From Octopus sinensis (lineage: Eukaryota): a stretch of 49,415 nt of DNA. Under the pieces are notes generated by a model. It was not told where the DNA came from. It was given only the letters and a program-made list of their open reading frames with translations, and did not search any database. The stretch covers positions 1-49,415 of the forward strand of contig NW_021834366.1 of assembly GCF_006345805.1 (NCBI RefSeq). The letters are read 5' to 3'. This document shows positions 11,354-27,536 of the stretch, one piece after another. How positions within the stretch are numbered: the first letter of the stretch is position 1; each line of letters opens with the position of its first letter. Both the position numbers and the translations under genes were made by a program.

Positions 11354-12308
11354 TAGGGCAACCAAAAGTCATTAAAGTCATATCAAAAAAGAATCGTTAG
11401 TTTATTATTTCCATCATTTTAAATTATTATTATATTTTTATTTACTTTCGATGTAATTTTATAGGTCATTAATGTCATATTTTTTCATAAGGTCATATTT
11501 TTTCCATAAAGTCATATAATTAAATTTATAAATTAATAATTAAGCACGCTTAGATATATTTGTTGTGATGTCTAAACCTAAAAAATCAAATAAAAAGAAA
11601 ATATATAATATAATTAACAAATTTTTCGAAGAGGATGATCACGGGCGACTTGATTTTTAAAATATTGTGTTCCCGTTAAATATGGAAAAAGTTTCAACGT
11701 TGAACAACATCGCCAAACGTTGAAACACAAAAAGAGATTAGAATCAGGAAAATTTAATGTCCAAATGAAGTTGATTTCTAATGATGTGTTTCCGAAGAGT
11801 CTTTCGCAATCAGTTTGTCGAAATGATGACCAAAACAAATATTCCGCTGTTTAAATTAAGGGATGTCCATTTTCAAACTTTTTTATGAAAATTTGGGATT
11901 TAAACTGCCTAGTGAGACACATTCCAGAAATCTTGTTTCCACTATTTTTGTGAAACAGGTAGAAAACTTAAAGAATGTTTCAAAGGGAGTCAAATATTTT
12001 TAGTAATAGATAAAACCCAACATTCTTTAAAAAAAATATGTGAAAATTATTGCTAGGAAGATTGACAACTCTTGACTATTTTAATTTAGATAACTAGAAG
12101 TCCAAAAAAATTAAAAATAAGGTTTGTTACTAAAAATCTGTTATTTTTAAATTTTAGTCCCGATTTTTGGATCCCGCCTGCGAAAAAGCGCCAAAAGATT
12201 GCTGAATTTACCTGGCCATAAAGTCATATTTTCTAATTATAAGGTCAAAAAAGTCATATTTTTAAAGTCATATTTGAATCATATAAGGTCATATTTGTGG
12301 TTGCCCTA
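11354..12308 (+). mobile_element. Non-autonomous hAT-like element (internal deletion derivative)
   Basis: TIR TAGGGCAACCA / TGGTTGCCCTA; multiple subterminal GTCATAT repeats at both ends; internal decayed transposase N-terminus homologous to 45705-46040. TSD not cleanly resolved. Confidence 0.8.
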
Positions 12309-12389
12309 GTTATAATTAAGATTCTCTACAAAAAAAAATAAACAAAAAATGAATACAAACAAAAAATTAGAAAAAAACAATAAAGAAAT

Positions 12390-16734
<4,345 letters not shown>

Positions 16735-17161
16735 TTTCGCTCGTAATATTTCATATTTTATTTCTAGTTAAATAAACAAATTAATTTCTGCATTAAATTG
16801 TAATTAAAATAATATTAATCTGTTTAAAGAATTCAAATCATGTCTTAAATAAATTTTTTATGCATAAGAATATCGCAACAGAAAAATAAGCTTAGAATTA
16901 ACAAAAATAATTTTTGAAAAAAACTTAATTAAGCCCCCAGACAGATCCTATTAGACACACAATCTAGCGTGGCCTTTTCAGAGTTGCATTTCAATAATGC
17001 CTTTTTTGATTTTCAGATTGATTAGAAATCAAAAATAGTAAGATCTTTGATCTCTGTACCTGAAAGGTCTTTGATGTCCTGGAAAGAGCAGAAAAGGATC
17101 TTTTGGAATCGAGAATGTCTTCAGCAGTCTAGAATGTCTTCAGCTGTCTTCACACACAGGA

Positions 17162-17542
17162 GTGGCAAGAGAAGACTCGTATGACAACATGTTCAAAATA
17201 CTGATTGTGGGGAATAGCAAGACATCCCTCCTCTTCCGATACGCCGACGACTCCTTCAGTACTTGCTTTGTGTCGACGGTGGGCATTGATTTCAAAGTCA
17301 AGTCCATTTTCCGTGACAACAAGCGAACTGCAAATCTGGGTAGAGGGGAGTGAGTGAGTGACACGGCCGGACAAGAACGTTACCGGACAATCACGACGGC
17401 CTACTACCGAGGGGATTCATTCTGGTGTATGACGTGACCAACGAAGAGTCCTTCCAGGCTGCCCGGTTTGGGTGGGGATTGACTGAAGGATATCCCAAGT
17501 CATCTCCACACAGGACGGACAGGAGTTGGCCGCACATTTGGG
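17162..17542 (+). pseudogene. Rab3-like GTPase pseudogene with multiple small deletions
   Basis: [84 protein letters not shown]; P-loop SVG lost, frameshifting deletions, NKCD segment missing. Confidence 0.85.
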
Positions 17543-18029
17543 TGGTCATAAATTGGCAGAAGATAAAACAAATTCGAATAGGGAGAGAATATATACATAC
17601 ATGGAAGACAAGCACTTTATACGCGACAAACTGGGTGAAACTCGTTTTATCGTGATGGACAGTTTACACGAACTAATAAGACACTCTCGTGCATCTCTTC
17701 AATAATTGTCTCAATCTGCTGGTTGTGTTCTGTTTGGTGAGGAATAATGGCTGAAGAGGGGAAAAGGACGCTGAGAAATCGCAACTTTTCTCCTTGTCAA
17801 TTCAACTCGAGGAAAAGATAATTTGTGCGTTAGCGGACTCACATCTGTCAGAGTTAGTCAACAAGTTTGTAGAATGGACTCAAATTGGTAGAATTCCGCA
17901 GGTTTTGTGGAGTAAACATGTTTTGACAACAATGTTGGATATATTTCATATCTTAACTAATTCTGTGACTGTTGTTGATAAAATTTGACAGGTCGGGAGG
18001 TATTTGGACTCACATAGGGACCCACTTTT

Positions 18030-18311
18030 AATTAAAAAGGCAAAAGTAAATAGCAGAAATAAATTATAAGTAAAAAATAGTATTTGACGTATTTTTATAA
18101 TAATTTTAATGTTCAATTTATTATTTTAGAATGGCTTATCTAAAATTTTTTTTACATATCAAATTATTTTGAATTAAAAAGGCAAAAGTAAATAGCAGAA
18201 ATAAATTATAAGTACAAAATAGTATTTGACGTATTTTTATAATAATTTTAATGTTTAATTTATTATTTTAGAATGGCTTGTCTAAAATTTTATTTTTACA
18301 TATCAAATTAT
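18030..18311 (+). repeat. Tandem duplication, 2 x ~140 bp
   Basis: AATTAAAAAGGCAAAAGTAAATAGCAG...CATATCAAATTAT starts at 18030 and again at 18172 with few differences. Confidence 0.92.
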
Positions 18312-18343
18312 GACATGCGATAGTTAAGAGAAGAAATGGTTAA

Positions 18344-18382
18344 GTCGCTTCTCGGCCTTTTGGCCAAGATCAAAGTGTAGTA
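18344..18382 (+). ncRNA. U2 snRNA 5' fragment (stem I to branch-point recognition sequence)
   Basis: TCGCTTCTCGGCCTTTTGGCCAAGATCAAAGTGTAGTA matches the U2 5' end (AUCGCUUCUCGGCCUUUUGGCUAAGAUCAA(A)GUGUAGUA); the expected UCUGUUCUUAUCAG does not follow. Confidence 0.85.
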
Positions 18383-18485
18383 GTAGTATACGGTTGGTCC
18401 TTTAGGATATTTTTTATTATTAAGTATATGAAATATCTAATTAGGGTAGGTCCCTTCAAGCCTGGGGGCCTTTCAAGCCTGTGAC

Positions 18486-20900
18486 ATTATTATTATTATT
18501 ATTATTTAAGCCAAAAACAGAATCACCGTCTTAACCATTAACTAACGTGTTCAGGTGATTCCGACACTTCTCAACAGTCGAGCCATCTTTTCACGATGTT
18601 CAGACCGTGACCCCCAACACTTTCTGTATGTACGGTGAAATGCTTGTGGTCCATCTCCCCGATCCCTCCCACTGCCTCTACAAGAGACTCCAGTGTTCGA
18701 TGGACAATTTTCCTGTCGGTATGGTCCTTCAGTAGGTTTATGGATTTTTCTTGGATTTTCTCGATTTTTAGTTGGTTCGTTGCCGCCAGGTTACAGCCCC
18801 AAGCAGCACATGCATAGCCTATTGTTGGCTCGATATACTGCTTGTAAAGGGTCTCTACCCTGGCGGACAAGTTCTCCCACAGTTCCAAAGAAAGGCTTTC
18901 ACAAAATTGATTTTCTTTATACAGTTGACACGATCGATTCAACATGAGGCGAAAAGCAGAGGAAAGTATCAAACGTTACACCCAATATCTTCTGTGTTTC
19001 TTTGTGGTATTGGGACTCCATTCAGCGTGACTTCAATAGTTTTCGTCCCCATCTCCTGTTTTTCGTGAATAGGGTGACTGCTGACTTTTCGGAACATGCA
19101 TGTAGTCTGTTTTCATATAGCCATCCATATAAGTCGTCCAGTATTCTTTGTAGTCTTTCCTTCGCGTATTCGACATTTACATCCCTTGATGCGACAACTA
19201 TGTCATCGGCATAGGAGAGTAGTATGTCATTATTATCCATAGGAACCGGGAGATCATTCAGAAACAAGTTGAAGAGGGTCGGGGATAAAGGAAGACCCTG
19301 GGGTACACCATTAGGCAAAAGCGTGATCTTGAACTCTCGTTCCCGACGCACACTTTCCCACGACGTCCGCTCAAAAAATTCGCTATCCATAGCTTCATAG
19401 GTGTAGAAATATTTGTACCAAATATCTTTTGAATTAGGATCTTCCTTGGGACGGAGTCAAACGCTTTTTGAATGTCGATAGTGCATACAATTGATTTCTC
19501 CTGCAATTTCTTCTTTTTGTGTCCTCATTTATGAAATCTGTTAGTGTGGTGAGGAAGGAGGTCGTTGACAATCCTTCCTTGAATCCATGTTGAAATGTGG
19601 ATTGTGGGAGGAAAGGGCGAATATGTTTTAGGACCAGTTTTTCCAAGATTCTTGACAGCACACATATAAGGGATATTGGTCTATAGGAGCCGGGGTCGTT
19701 TTTCGGTCTTCCAGGTTTTAATATTGGCCGGATTTTTGATAGTTTCCATAAGTTCGGTATAGAGTTCGTGAATAATGATGTGTTATAGATCGTGGTTAAA
19801 GCATTTATTGAAACTGGGCCCAAGTGTTTTAGTAGAATGAGTGGAATTCCATCCGGTCCACATGAGTTTGTTTTCTTCTGATTCGAGATTGTTTCAGACA
19901 CCTCTTCAGGAAGAAATAAGCGTCGTCGGGGGCCTTTTGGATGGCTTTGATTTTAATCTTGACTGTGAGTTCATTTTTTTATAAGGAATATGACTAATCT
20001 TGACACAGTGTTTCATAAAATTGTTTAGATTGAGCTGGTATGTTTCTGTTTTACGCTCGTCGGGATTCTTTAAGCGTCTCAACATCGTCCACATGGCCGA
20101 AATAGAGGCTTGTTTATTCATGGCTCTAGAGATTCGGCTGAGCTTCTTCCTTTGGACTTGGTTGGTATTATTCGTAATAAGCATGTTTAGAGCCCTGATT
20201 CGATCGATGATTACTTTGGGTCGATACTTTCTTTTCTTGAGGCTGGTTCTTTCTCTGATTAGTTTTTTCGTTCTGTGAGTCATATTTTGAGCTCCCACTT
20301 CTTATACATGCTCTTCTGATAATCAAATTTCTTGCATCTATGATAGTTTTGTTGAAGCTTTCCACTGCCCTGTCCAAGGAAGAAAAATTCTTAGGGTGAA
20401 AGTTCTGGAGTCTTGAATCGACGTAATTTGCAAAAGCATCCCAATCTGCGTTTTCGTAATCATAGAAATAAGTTGGTTTCAGTATGAGACGTGGAGAACA
20501 GTTCATTCTCATTATCATTGAGTGGTGGTCACTTCGGAGATCATAGCGGACCGACCACTTGATGATAGGGGAAAGCCGAGGTGACCAGATTGATAGATCT
20601 GGCGATGTCCTCGTGTCCTTAGAGTTGTAGGGTGTTCGAGTGTTCTTTTTCGGGTTGTTAAGGATTATTAGCTTCTGCAATTGCGATATCAAAAGGTTTC
20701 CTCTGGCATCGGCAGTCTGATATCTGAACCAGCGGGATGCTTCGCGTTCAGATCTCCACATAAGAGTAAGTTATCCAATTTATCAAGGCTTGATAGGTCA
20801 AAACGATAGCCCTTCTTGCATGAACCTGGGGGAGGTACGTAGACATTGGCGATTTCAAGTCTTCCGTAGGAGGTCATAAGTGAGATTCCAATTATTTCGG
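18486..20900 (-). mobile_element. APE-RT LINE (Ingi/Vingi-like), 5'-truncated and frameshifted
   Basis: NVYVPP, GDLNAKHP, TSPDLS, RSDH (APE); CGPDGI, SYRPISL, DIQKAFDSV, GVPQG..LSP.LFN, YADD (RT); (AAT)n tail at 18486-18507; no TSD seen. The clade call is motif-based inference. Confidence 0.88.
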
Positions 20901-20914
20901 TGTTGGAGTCCTAG

Positions 20915-20974
20915 GAAGTTATTTTATGATAATTCGTTATTTGTCATTATTTGTTCGTATGAATAAGGCGGTTT
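20915..20974. other. Templated patch made of two FoxK-locus segments in permuted order
   Basis: 20918-20948 = 23997-24027 and 20946-20974 = 23549-23577, overlapping on ATT. Confidence 0.85.
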
Positions 20975-20980
20975 ATATGG

Positions 20981-22828
20981 TGTGACATGGTTTGCGCGAT
21001 ACCTATGGGCCGCGCGATACCTGACGTGACCTTGAAATGTGCAATTATGACATTGATGGGATTAATTATAAATCTTTTAATTAGACCGCGACTCATTCTT
21101 ATCATTTAATAATTTACTAAATTAGCTAAAGACTCTCTCATTTTGACAAAAAATTATATTTTTAGGAATTTAATTATCAGAAATTAATTTTTTTGGTGGA
21201 AAACCTAAATTTCTTGAGTTATTTCTAGCGTGCAAGTATATTTTGCAGCAATGTCCTCGTAGAAAGGTTATGTAAAGAATAGTTTGGAATATCAAATTTT
21301 AAAAGATGCTTTACAGGATAAATTTCCTGAACATCTTACAAAGCAAAAAAAATATAGACTAGTTAAGAAAATTGAAAATTTTACTGTAATTAATGAAAGG
21401 TATCATACAAATTGTAAATGTATAGATTGTATCTTAAATGTGCGAATTCAGATCACAAGCTAGTGATCTGCCTAGACAATGAACCCGAAATGGAGATCGT
21501 TGCTAATAGTTTGCATGACTTCTCGCATGGAGGAGTTAACAAAATTGAATATGAATGTCGACAACGATATTTCACAGTTAAAAACGAGATTATTCGAAAA
21601 GTCATTCGAAACTGTGAAATTTGTAAATTTGCGCGACCCTTAAAAGTTTTAACTTTTTTAAATCCTAGATTGGAGATATAAATAACTATGTCTTTGCATC
21701 TTGCCCAAATGAAAGATTTCAGATAGATCTTATAGATCTGAAAAGTTTTTCTACTATAAATAAAAATTTTAAATGGATTTTAACGGTCATTGACGTATAT
21801 AGCAGGTTAGTTTTTTTAACAATTTTTATAGATTTGCATTTGCGAGGCTGCTCTACACTAAGTCCTCAAATGAAGTTTGTGAAAACCTTATCATTATTTT
21901 TCTTAAATGGTCCGTGTCAATTTCTTCAGTCCGATAATGGGACTGAATTCAAGAATCGTGAAATGACCAATCTATGTGAGGAATTCAATATCAAACGAAT
22001 TCACGGAAGGCCAAACAATCCCCGCTCACAAGGGATTGTCGAACGCTTCAACCAGTCAATTACAAGAAAAATGGCAAAAATGATCGACAATGATAATAAA
22101 AAGTGGCTGGAAAAATTAGAAAATGCAGTGTACAGTTATAACATTTCTGTCCACTCATCTTCTAATGAGAGCCCTTTTGAAAGATACCGGGGAATAAGTG
22201 GAATAAATACAATATTTTATGGTTGTAATTATAAAATTATTCCTTAGATAATTCAAGTAATGATTTGTTGAGTCCTGATCAAGTCGATGATGCAAACAAT
22301 TGTCCGAGTCCAATTGAAAATTCATGTAATTTGAATTTCTATATGTAGATGACTGTAATTATTCGTTTACAAGTCCGAAAAGATTTCAGTTCGAAATCAA
22401 CCCCATTGATCCTAATTCTAATTATTACAAAGCGATGAACAGAAAAATGAATGTTCACAATAGTAAGTATGAATTTAGTGTTGGTGATAAGGTATGCATA
22501 AAAATTAATGTTTAGGTTCGAGTTAAAAAAGACTTTGGAACAAATCCTTCGTTGCGACTGGATAAGTTTGAATCTCCATATTATCCATCTGCAGAAATTA
22601 TCAGTATTTTATCGAACAATCGCGTTGAGGTAGTTTAAACATTTAAATTTAATAGATAAAAAATTCGATGAGCAAAATTTCGATTGTGCCAATGTCCAGA
22701 CTTAAAAAATAATTAACAAGTTATTATTCTTTGAAGTTTAATATTAATTACAATATTGACATTAAGTTAAGCTTCAAGGTCACGTCAGGTAACCGGTTGC
22801 CCATACGTATCCAGCCGCCCATGTCACA
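20981..22828 (+). mobile_element. Ginger2/TDD-like DNA transposon with an intron-containing Gypsy-type integrase
   Basis: TGT...ACA ends, ~56-bp imperfect TIRs, 5-bp TSD TATGG (20976-20980, 22829-22833). CDS 21251-22712 with HHCC finger, FQIDLID, QSDNG-35-E (QGIVERFNQ), C-terminal VGDKVRVK and seven 23-26-nt introns; early TAG and one frameshift. Confidence 0.9.
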
Positions 22829-23270
22829 TATGGTCATAAATAATGACAGAAATCAACTACAAACACTATTAGTACTAATTTTTATTTTCTTTTGTAGTAT
22901 GATATGATTTTGAATTTAATTTGTAATGGAGTGAGTTAAAACCTTGCATAGATCTCACTATGCAATTGAAAGTCGCTAAGTAAATCCACGCCTTTTATTT
23001 AATTTCCTAGATTTTGAATCCAAAATGAATTGAAAATGATTTTTCTATCTTCGGGGATTTTATCATCCATCCTCGGTTTATATCAAGAGAGCGGTATCAT
23101 AGAAAATTAAACGCCTGGTTTTCTTTAAGCTTGGACATTTTTGGCATTCTGTGCCAAAACTGACATAATTCGTTTAAAAAAACATCCTCGTCATTTATCG
23201 ATAGACTACGTGGTTATTCCGGTAGACTACGTGGTTAGTTAGACCTGTATAGACCAAGTGGTTTGTTAAA

Positions 23271-23977
23271 TTAATATCCTAATGATTTGTATTATGATCT
23301 GGGCCTTCCACGGACACATCTCCAGGATAAGAACAGAGACTTCTCATCGATGTGGATGCCGGGGCTGACTGCGTATGACTGACCTTCATAGACTTTGCAG
23401 GAGGACACCGAAGAGGGGAAGTGGGAGCAGAACTGAAAATAATCAAACAACTGAAGTAGGACTGAAGTAGGAATAGTTCTTGTTTATGTAACAGTATATT
23501 TCCCTGAGAGTGGCTCTCTTATTTTGGGATGACCCGATGGCCTGGGCGATTATTTGTTCGTATGAATAAGGCGGTTTGGTTTGTGTGTCGACTGGCTCTT
23601 CCTCTTTTGGAAATTCGAGTGGAATCGACAGAGGATACAGATTTGATTCAAAATAAACGATGATTGTTGTTCCGGGGAAACGGAAGGAGGACCTGAAGGT
23701 CAATAATAATTGGGGACCTTAAATTAATGGGGTAAAGGTGCATGTTTTCTGTGACGAGTATTTCGTCGACAAAAACACCATTTTTGCTCAAACATTTAAT
23801 GTAAAAAATGTTATTTAAAAGAAGAACATAAAAATGCCTTCGGGAAATACAGTTGGACGAACAAACTAATAAATCAACTCCTTTTGAAGAAGCAGCTCGT
23901 CCGATCGTAAAAATATATTTGTTCATATAATACATAATATCTTCTGTATTCTTAAAAATTGCAAACGGTTGCGACAT
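23271..23977 (-). pseudogene. FoxK-like (FHA plus forkhead) gene with the second half of the forkhead domain deleted
   Basis: FHA (IGR..ISRRH..KCLSKNGVFVD), 25-nt intron, FRFPG, KPPYSYEQIIAQAI..TLREIYCYI.KNYSYF, then an 11-bp tandem repeat (23450-23471), an intron remnant and an out-of-frame SAPTSP exon. Confidence 0.8.
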
Positions 23978-24129
23978 GATACAGAATTTGAAGTATGTTA
24001 TTTTATGATAATTCGTTATTTGTCATTGTTTTTTAAATAATTTGAATTTAATTATTAATATAATAATAATATAATAATAAAAACAAATAAAAAAATAATA
24101 ATTAACCCTAACCTTAGGGATGTAATCTC

Positions 24130-26150
24130 TAGTACCCCCTGATGCTCATATCTAGGAAACTCACCAAATTGCTTAATATATCACGCAATTTATTCGCAAA
24201 CTACGTGTTATGTTGTGTGGTGTTCTTTCTCCTGCCGTTCTGATAAAGAATACAAAGAAGAAGATAAAGTAGATAAAGAAGATGAACCCTGAGAAGAAGG
24301 TGACCAAGAAACTTGGAAAAAATAGCAGCTGTGTTAAAGGAACCAAACCAGTCTACACTTTCCTCCTTCATCATGTGGTGTCTGTTTTTCTTCTTGCCCT
24401 GGCAAAAATGGGGTTGGCTGCTCTCTTTGCAATGGCTACTTCCATCTCTACTGCCTCAAAATCAGTAAGAAAGCTGCCTCGGCAATCACCAGATGGCTCT
24501 GCCTGTCTGCCTTCTCCCCACCGTTCTATACTCACTAACCATGCCCACAACAGTAACTCATTTGAAAGCGTGGATTCCTTCCTCGTTGAATTGTCGTGCT
24601 TCCGCCGGTCTCTAAAAATCTTTCAGTAACTTTATCGTCTAAGTATTTCATGCATAGTAGGCGTCCCCTGTCTCTAATTTCATGAAAGAGCCTGTTCCGT
24701 TTATTCTTTAGCTCTTTTTTGGTTTCCATACCACAGTTTTCGATTCTCAGGCGGATGTCTCTTTGTTGTTGTGACATCTCTCTCAGTTTTGAGTCATGGT
24801 ATGTGTAATTGTTTGAGCGGTTACTCCTGTAGCCGACAGTATCCTCCGCGGCCTGTTTAATTTTCTCGAATACTTCTTTTAGGAGAACGTCTGGTCTTTT
24901 TTCTGTATAGAAACATTGTTATTAGTTTATACGTCTATCTAATACTTCAGGTGAATAATATTCGTTCTAGTTACAATATAAACAATTTTAATGATCAATT
25001 ATTATTAATTGATAAATAAAATATACATATATTAGGAATAGTCGTTACACGTTATAAAGTGTATTTAATTGTTTATTCCTTCAATGAACACAGTCAAACT
25101 ATCCAATAAAAACAAACAGGATTTAAAAACCTCCTGTTCTGGTAGAGGTAAAGTGGTATAATCAATATAGACTACCTTTTTTCCTACAAAGAAGGTTTAA
25201 CAGAATGTCCTCCGTTCGACTTGCGACCTTTAGGAAACTCGATTAATGAATGATTCATCAACTCTGAACAATTTATATCCCATTCCAGTCAATATACGCA
25301 CTTTTCTCAAACAAGCGTTTCCTCGACTTTTTGTAGGGAATCTCCCAGCACAAGGACATTGCTCAACTGCCCATCCTCTCATTCTTGTATGTCCCCCTCT
25401 CATGCCCAGTCCTACTGCCCTGCTTGCCCTTTTCAACACAAAAGTCAGTCAGTGGATCCCCACAAAGTCAAAGAAGTTGCTGATAGAGTTGGTGATGGAC
25501 TGCCAGTGAGTGTGGTCAGTAATAGACAGGGCCAAAAAGACGTGGGGGAATACAAACTGCTCAGTCGAAGGTCGTCTCCCTGATGGGGTGTTTGCAGACG
25601 GAGGACGACGGCTGGTCGGTCGCTACTAAGAAAAGGGAATAAAAATCAAAAATGTGTTTTTTGGGTGAAATTTCCAGTCGGGGAATTCAAATTCGGTGAT
25701 TTCGGATCTTTTTGGGTGCCAACTGACATTCGGAGTGAAAAAGTACAATGACCTGAGAAGTCTGGAAGTGCAAAAAGTGTTTATTCTCCAACTGCCCATC
25801 ACTGTACAGTACTTGGCTGATTGACTAGAAAGGAGGGAGGATTAACCTGCAGATTCCCTCCGAGAGTTCTTTACAGAGCAGACATCCGAGGGTTTTCGTC
25901 GTGGATGCACTCCATACTCATTCAGTTGATGTTTGCTCAGTGTTGTCGGGGGTGACTGTCGGGGAATGCAGTGATGTCGAGATGAGTATGGAGGGGACTG
26001 TCTTCCGCCTGAGTGCAGTCCAGTACCACCAGGAGAGTGAGTGCTCGTCATGGACATTACTGCTGTGGAGAATGCGGGGAAATGGATACTGTGTATGGAT
26101 CAAAAGTGGGGTGGATGTGCACTCCAACCCAGGGCATTATCCAGCCTGTG
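24130..26150. mobile_element. Mosaic of decayed retroelement-like sequence (RTE-like linker at ~24600-24960 on the minus strand)
   Basis: Minus-strand LLKEVFEKIKQAAEDTVGYR...LREMSQQQRDIRLRIE..KNKRNRLFHEIR resembles the APE-RT linker of RTE-type ORF2; the rest is GC-richer, intronless and unassigned. Confidence 0.4.
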
Positions 26151-26323
26151 ACAATACTTAATAAATACATTGACGCAGATGATGTATGTTTCTTATTTCA
26201 GTGAAATAAATTTTAAACACAATATTTAATCTTTAGACTTACAAACTATTAAAATCGAATTAAAAATAACTTGGCATTTTGTATTTAAGAGTATAAGAAC
26301 TAAAAATTCACCAAAAAAATAAA

Positions 26324-27053
26324 TTAAACAATTCGTCCAAGATATACAGTGAAAGGAAACTTATAAGATAGTTCTGGCCACTGAACGACGAAAGAGTCTA
26401 CCAGAAAATACAAAATCTTTCCAGATAACGACAAAGTCCGTGTTCGGCAAAAACTCTCGGTGTAGACCATAACAGTTGAACGTCCCCAAAAAACCTTAAA
26501 AGCCATAAATAACCCAACAAACCCCTGTAGAATATAACAGCCAAGCAAAGAGGAACACATGTACCAGGTCCGTTACATAACAACTAATTACGTTACTAGT
26601 CGAAAGTCAAACAAGATTTGGCCGTGTATTCCAAATAACGACAAGAGAAGTCAAAACTGAAACAAGTGTGGAAGGGATAGAGGATAAAAGTGATTGGCCG
26701 ACATGTCGACATCTTCTTATTTTAAAAACCGTCTTTAAGTATTGTAGTAATAATATACACAAGTGTTGTCTAATTTATTTTGAGACGTAGTATCGGTGTC
26801 AGCTATTATATATTCCAGTGAATATAGCGACAAATCAAAAGCTCCTAAAAGTCTCAACATTTCTGCGGTGTGTCCCCCTAAACAATTAATTCTCACTGAT
26901 CTACCTGATCCAAGCACTACCAATGTTTTGCATTTTTTCCTTTTGGTAATAACATTGCCGATTGACTTCGTCGTGTCATAAAAATGTCAAATATTACATA
27001 TATAATTCGAATTGTGATAAAATTAATCCATACAAAACTACACTGGTCCACAT
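26324..27053 (-). pseudogene. ALG14: ALG14 copy 2, apparently frameshifted
   Basis: Same exon structure as copy 1, but 1-nt shorter homopolymer runs near 27020 and 26935 in exon 1, plus missense changes (R>L, M>W, V>F, S>K). The indels could be consensus errors. Confidence 0.8.
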
Positions 27054-27536
27054 AATTGGAAAATTAATTAAATGAAAAATTATAGGATTCTAAATATTTG
27101 TTATTGCACACGAAATAATAATTTAACAGATTTTATTATTGGGGTTTTCTTGTTTTTTTTGAAAAGAGTTGACTTATTGTACTTTTATGTTGATACTCTG
27201 TTGATACTCAGTATATGATTAGAAAAACTCAGATATCTTTTATAAAACTTTTATGAAGTAGTGACTTCCAAAATCTCGTGATGAGAATATTTTTATTTTT
27301 TAATACTTTAAATTTAAGATTTTGACAAAGGGGAATTACATTTTGTTAATAAATTTGTCCTGCAACGAGTTTCTTTATTTATACTATGCAAAATAAATTC
27401 ACCTTGTTTTTGCAAATTTATTTAGAAATGTATCCGTACTTGTGATTGCGACCACTTTTTTAGTTTTTAAATATTGACGCAAATTAAACTTTTTAATCAC
27501 ATTTTCTAGCATTAAACTTTTTAATCACATTTTCTA

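Noticed and set aside
21418-22247. LTR retrotransposon (Gypsy) integrase
   Set aside because: No LTRs, gag, protease, RT or RNase H; bounded by TIRs and interrupted by introns, so it is Ginger-like.
24104-24119. TAACCCTAACC followed by TTAGGG (head-to-head telomere-like units)
   Set aside because: Only about three hexamers; too short to call an interstitial telomere or fusion scar.
26101-26142. Degenerate 2A-like SGVDVHSNPGH on the plus strand
   Set aside because: Lacks the required E and final P, and is cut off by the duplication junction with no APE domain following.
18477-26154. AGCCTGTGACA at both 18477 and 26144 as a TSD for a 7.6-kb insertion
   Set aside because: An 11-bp match around heterogeneous content of mixed orientation; no single element explains it. 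It includes the Ginger terminal TGTGACA, but no further TIR sequence follows.
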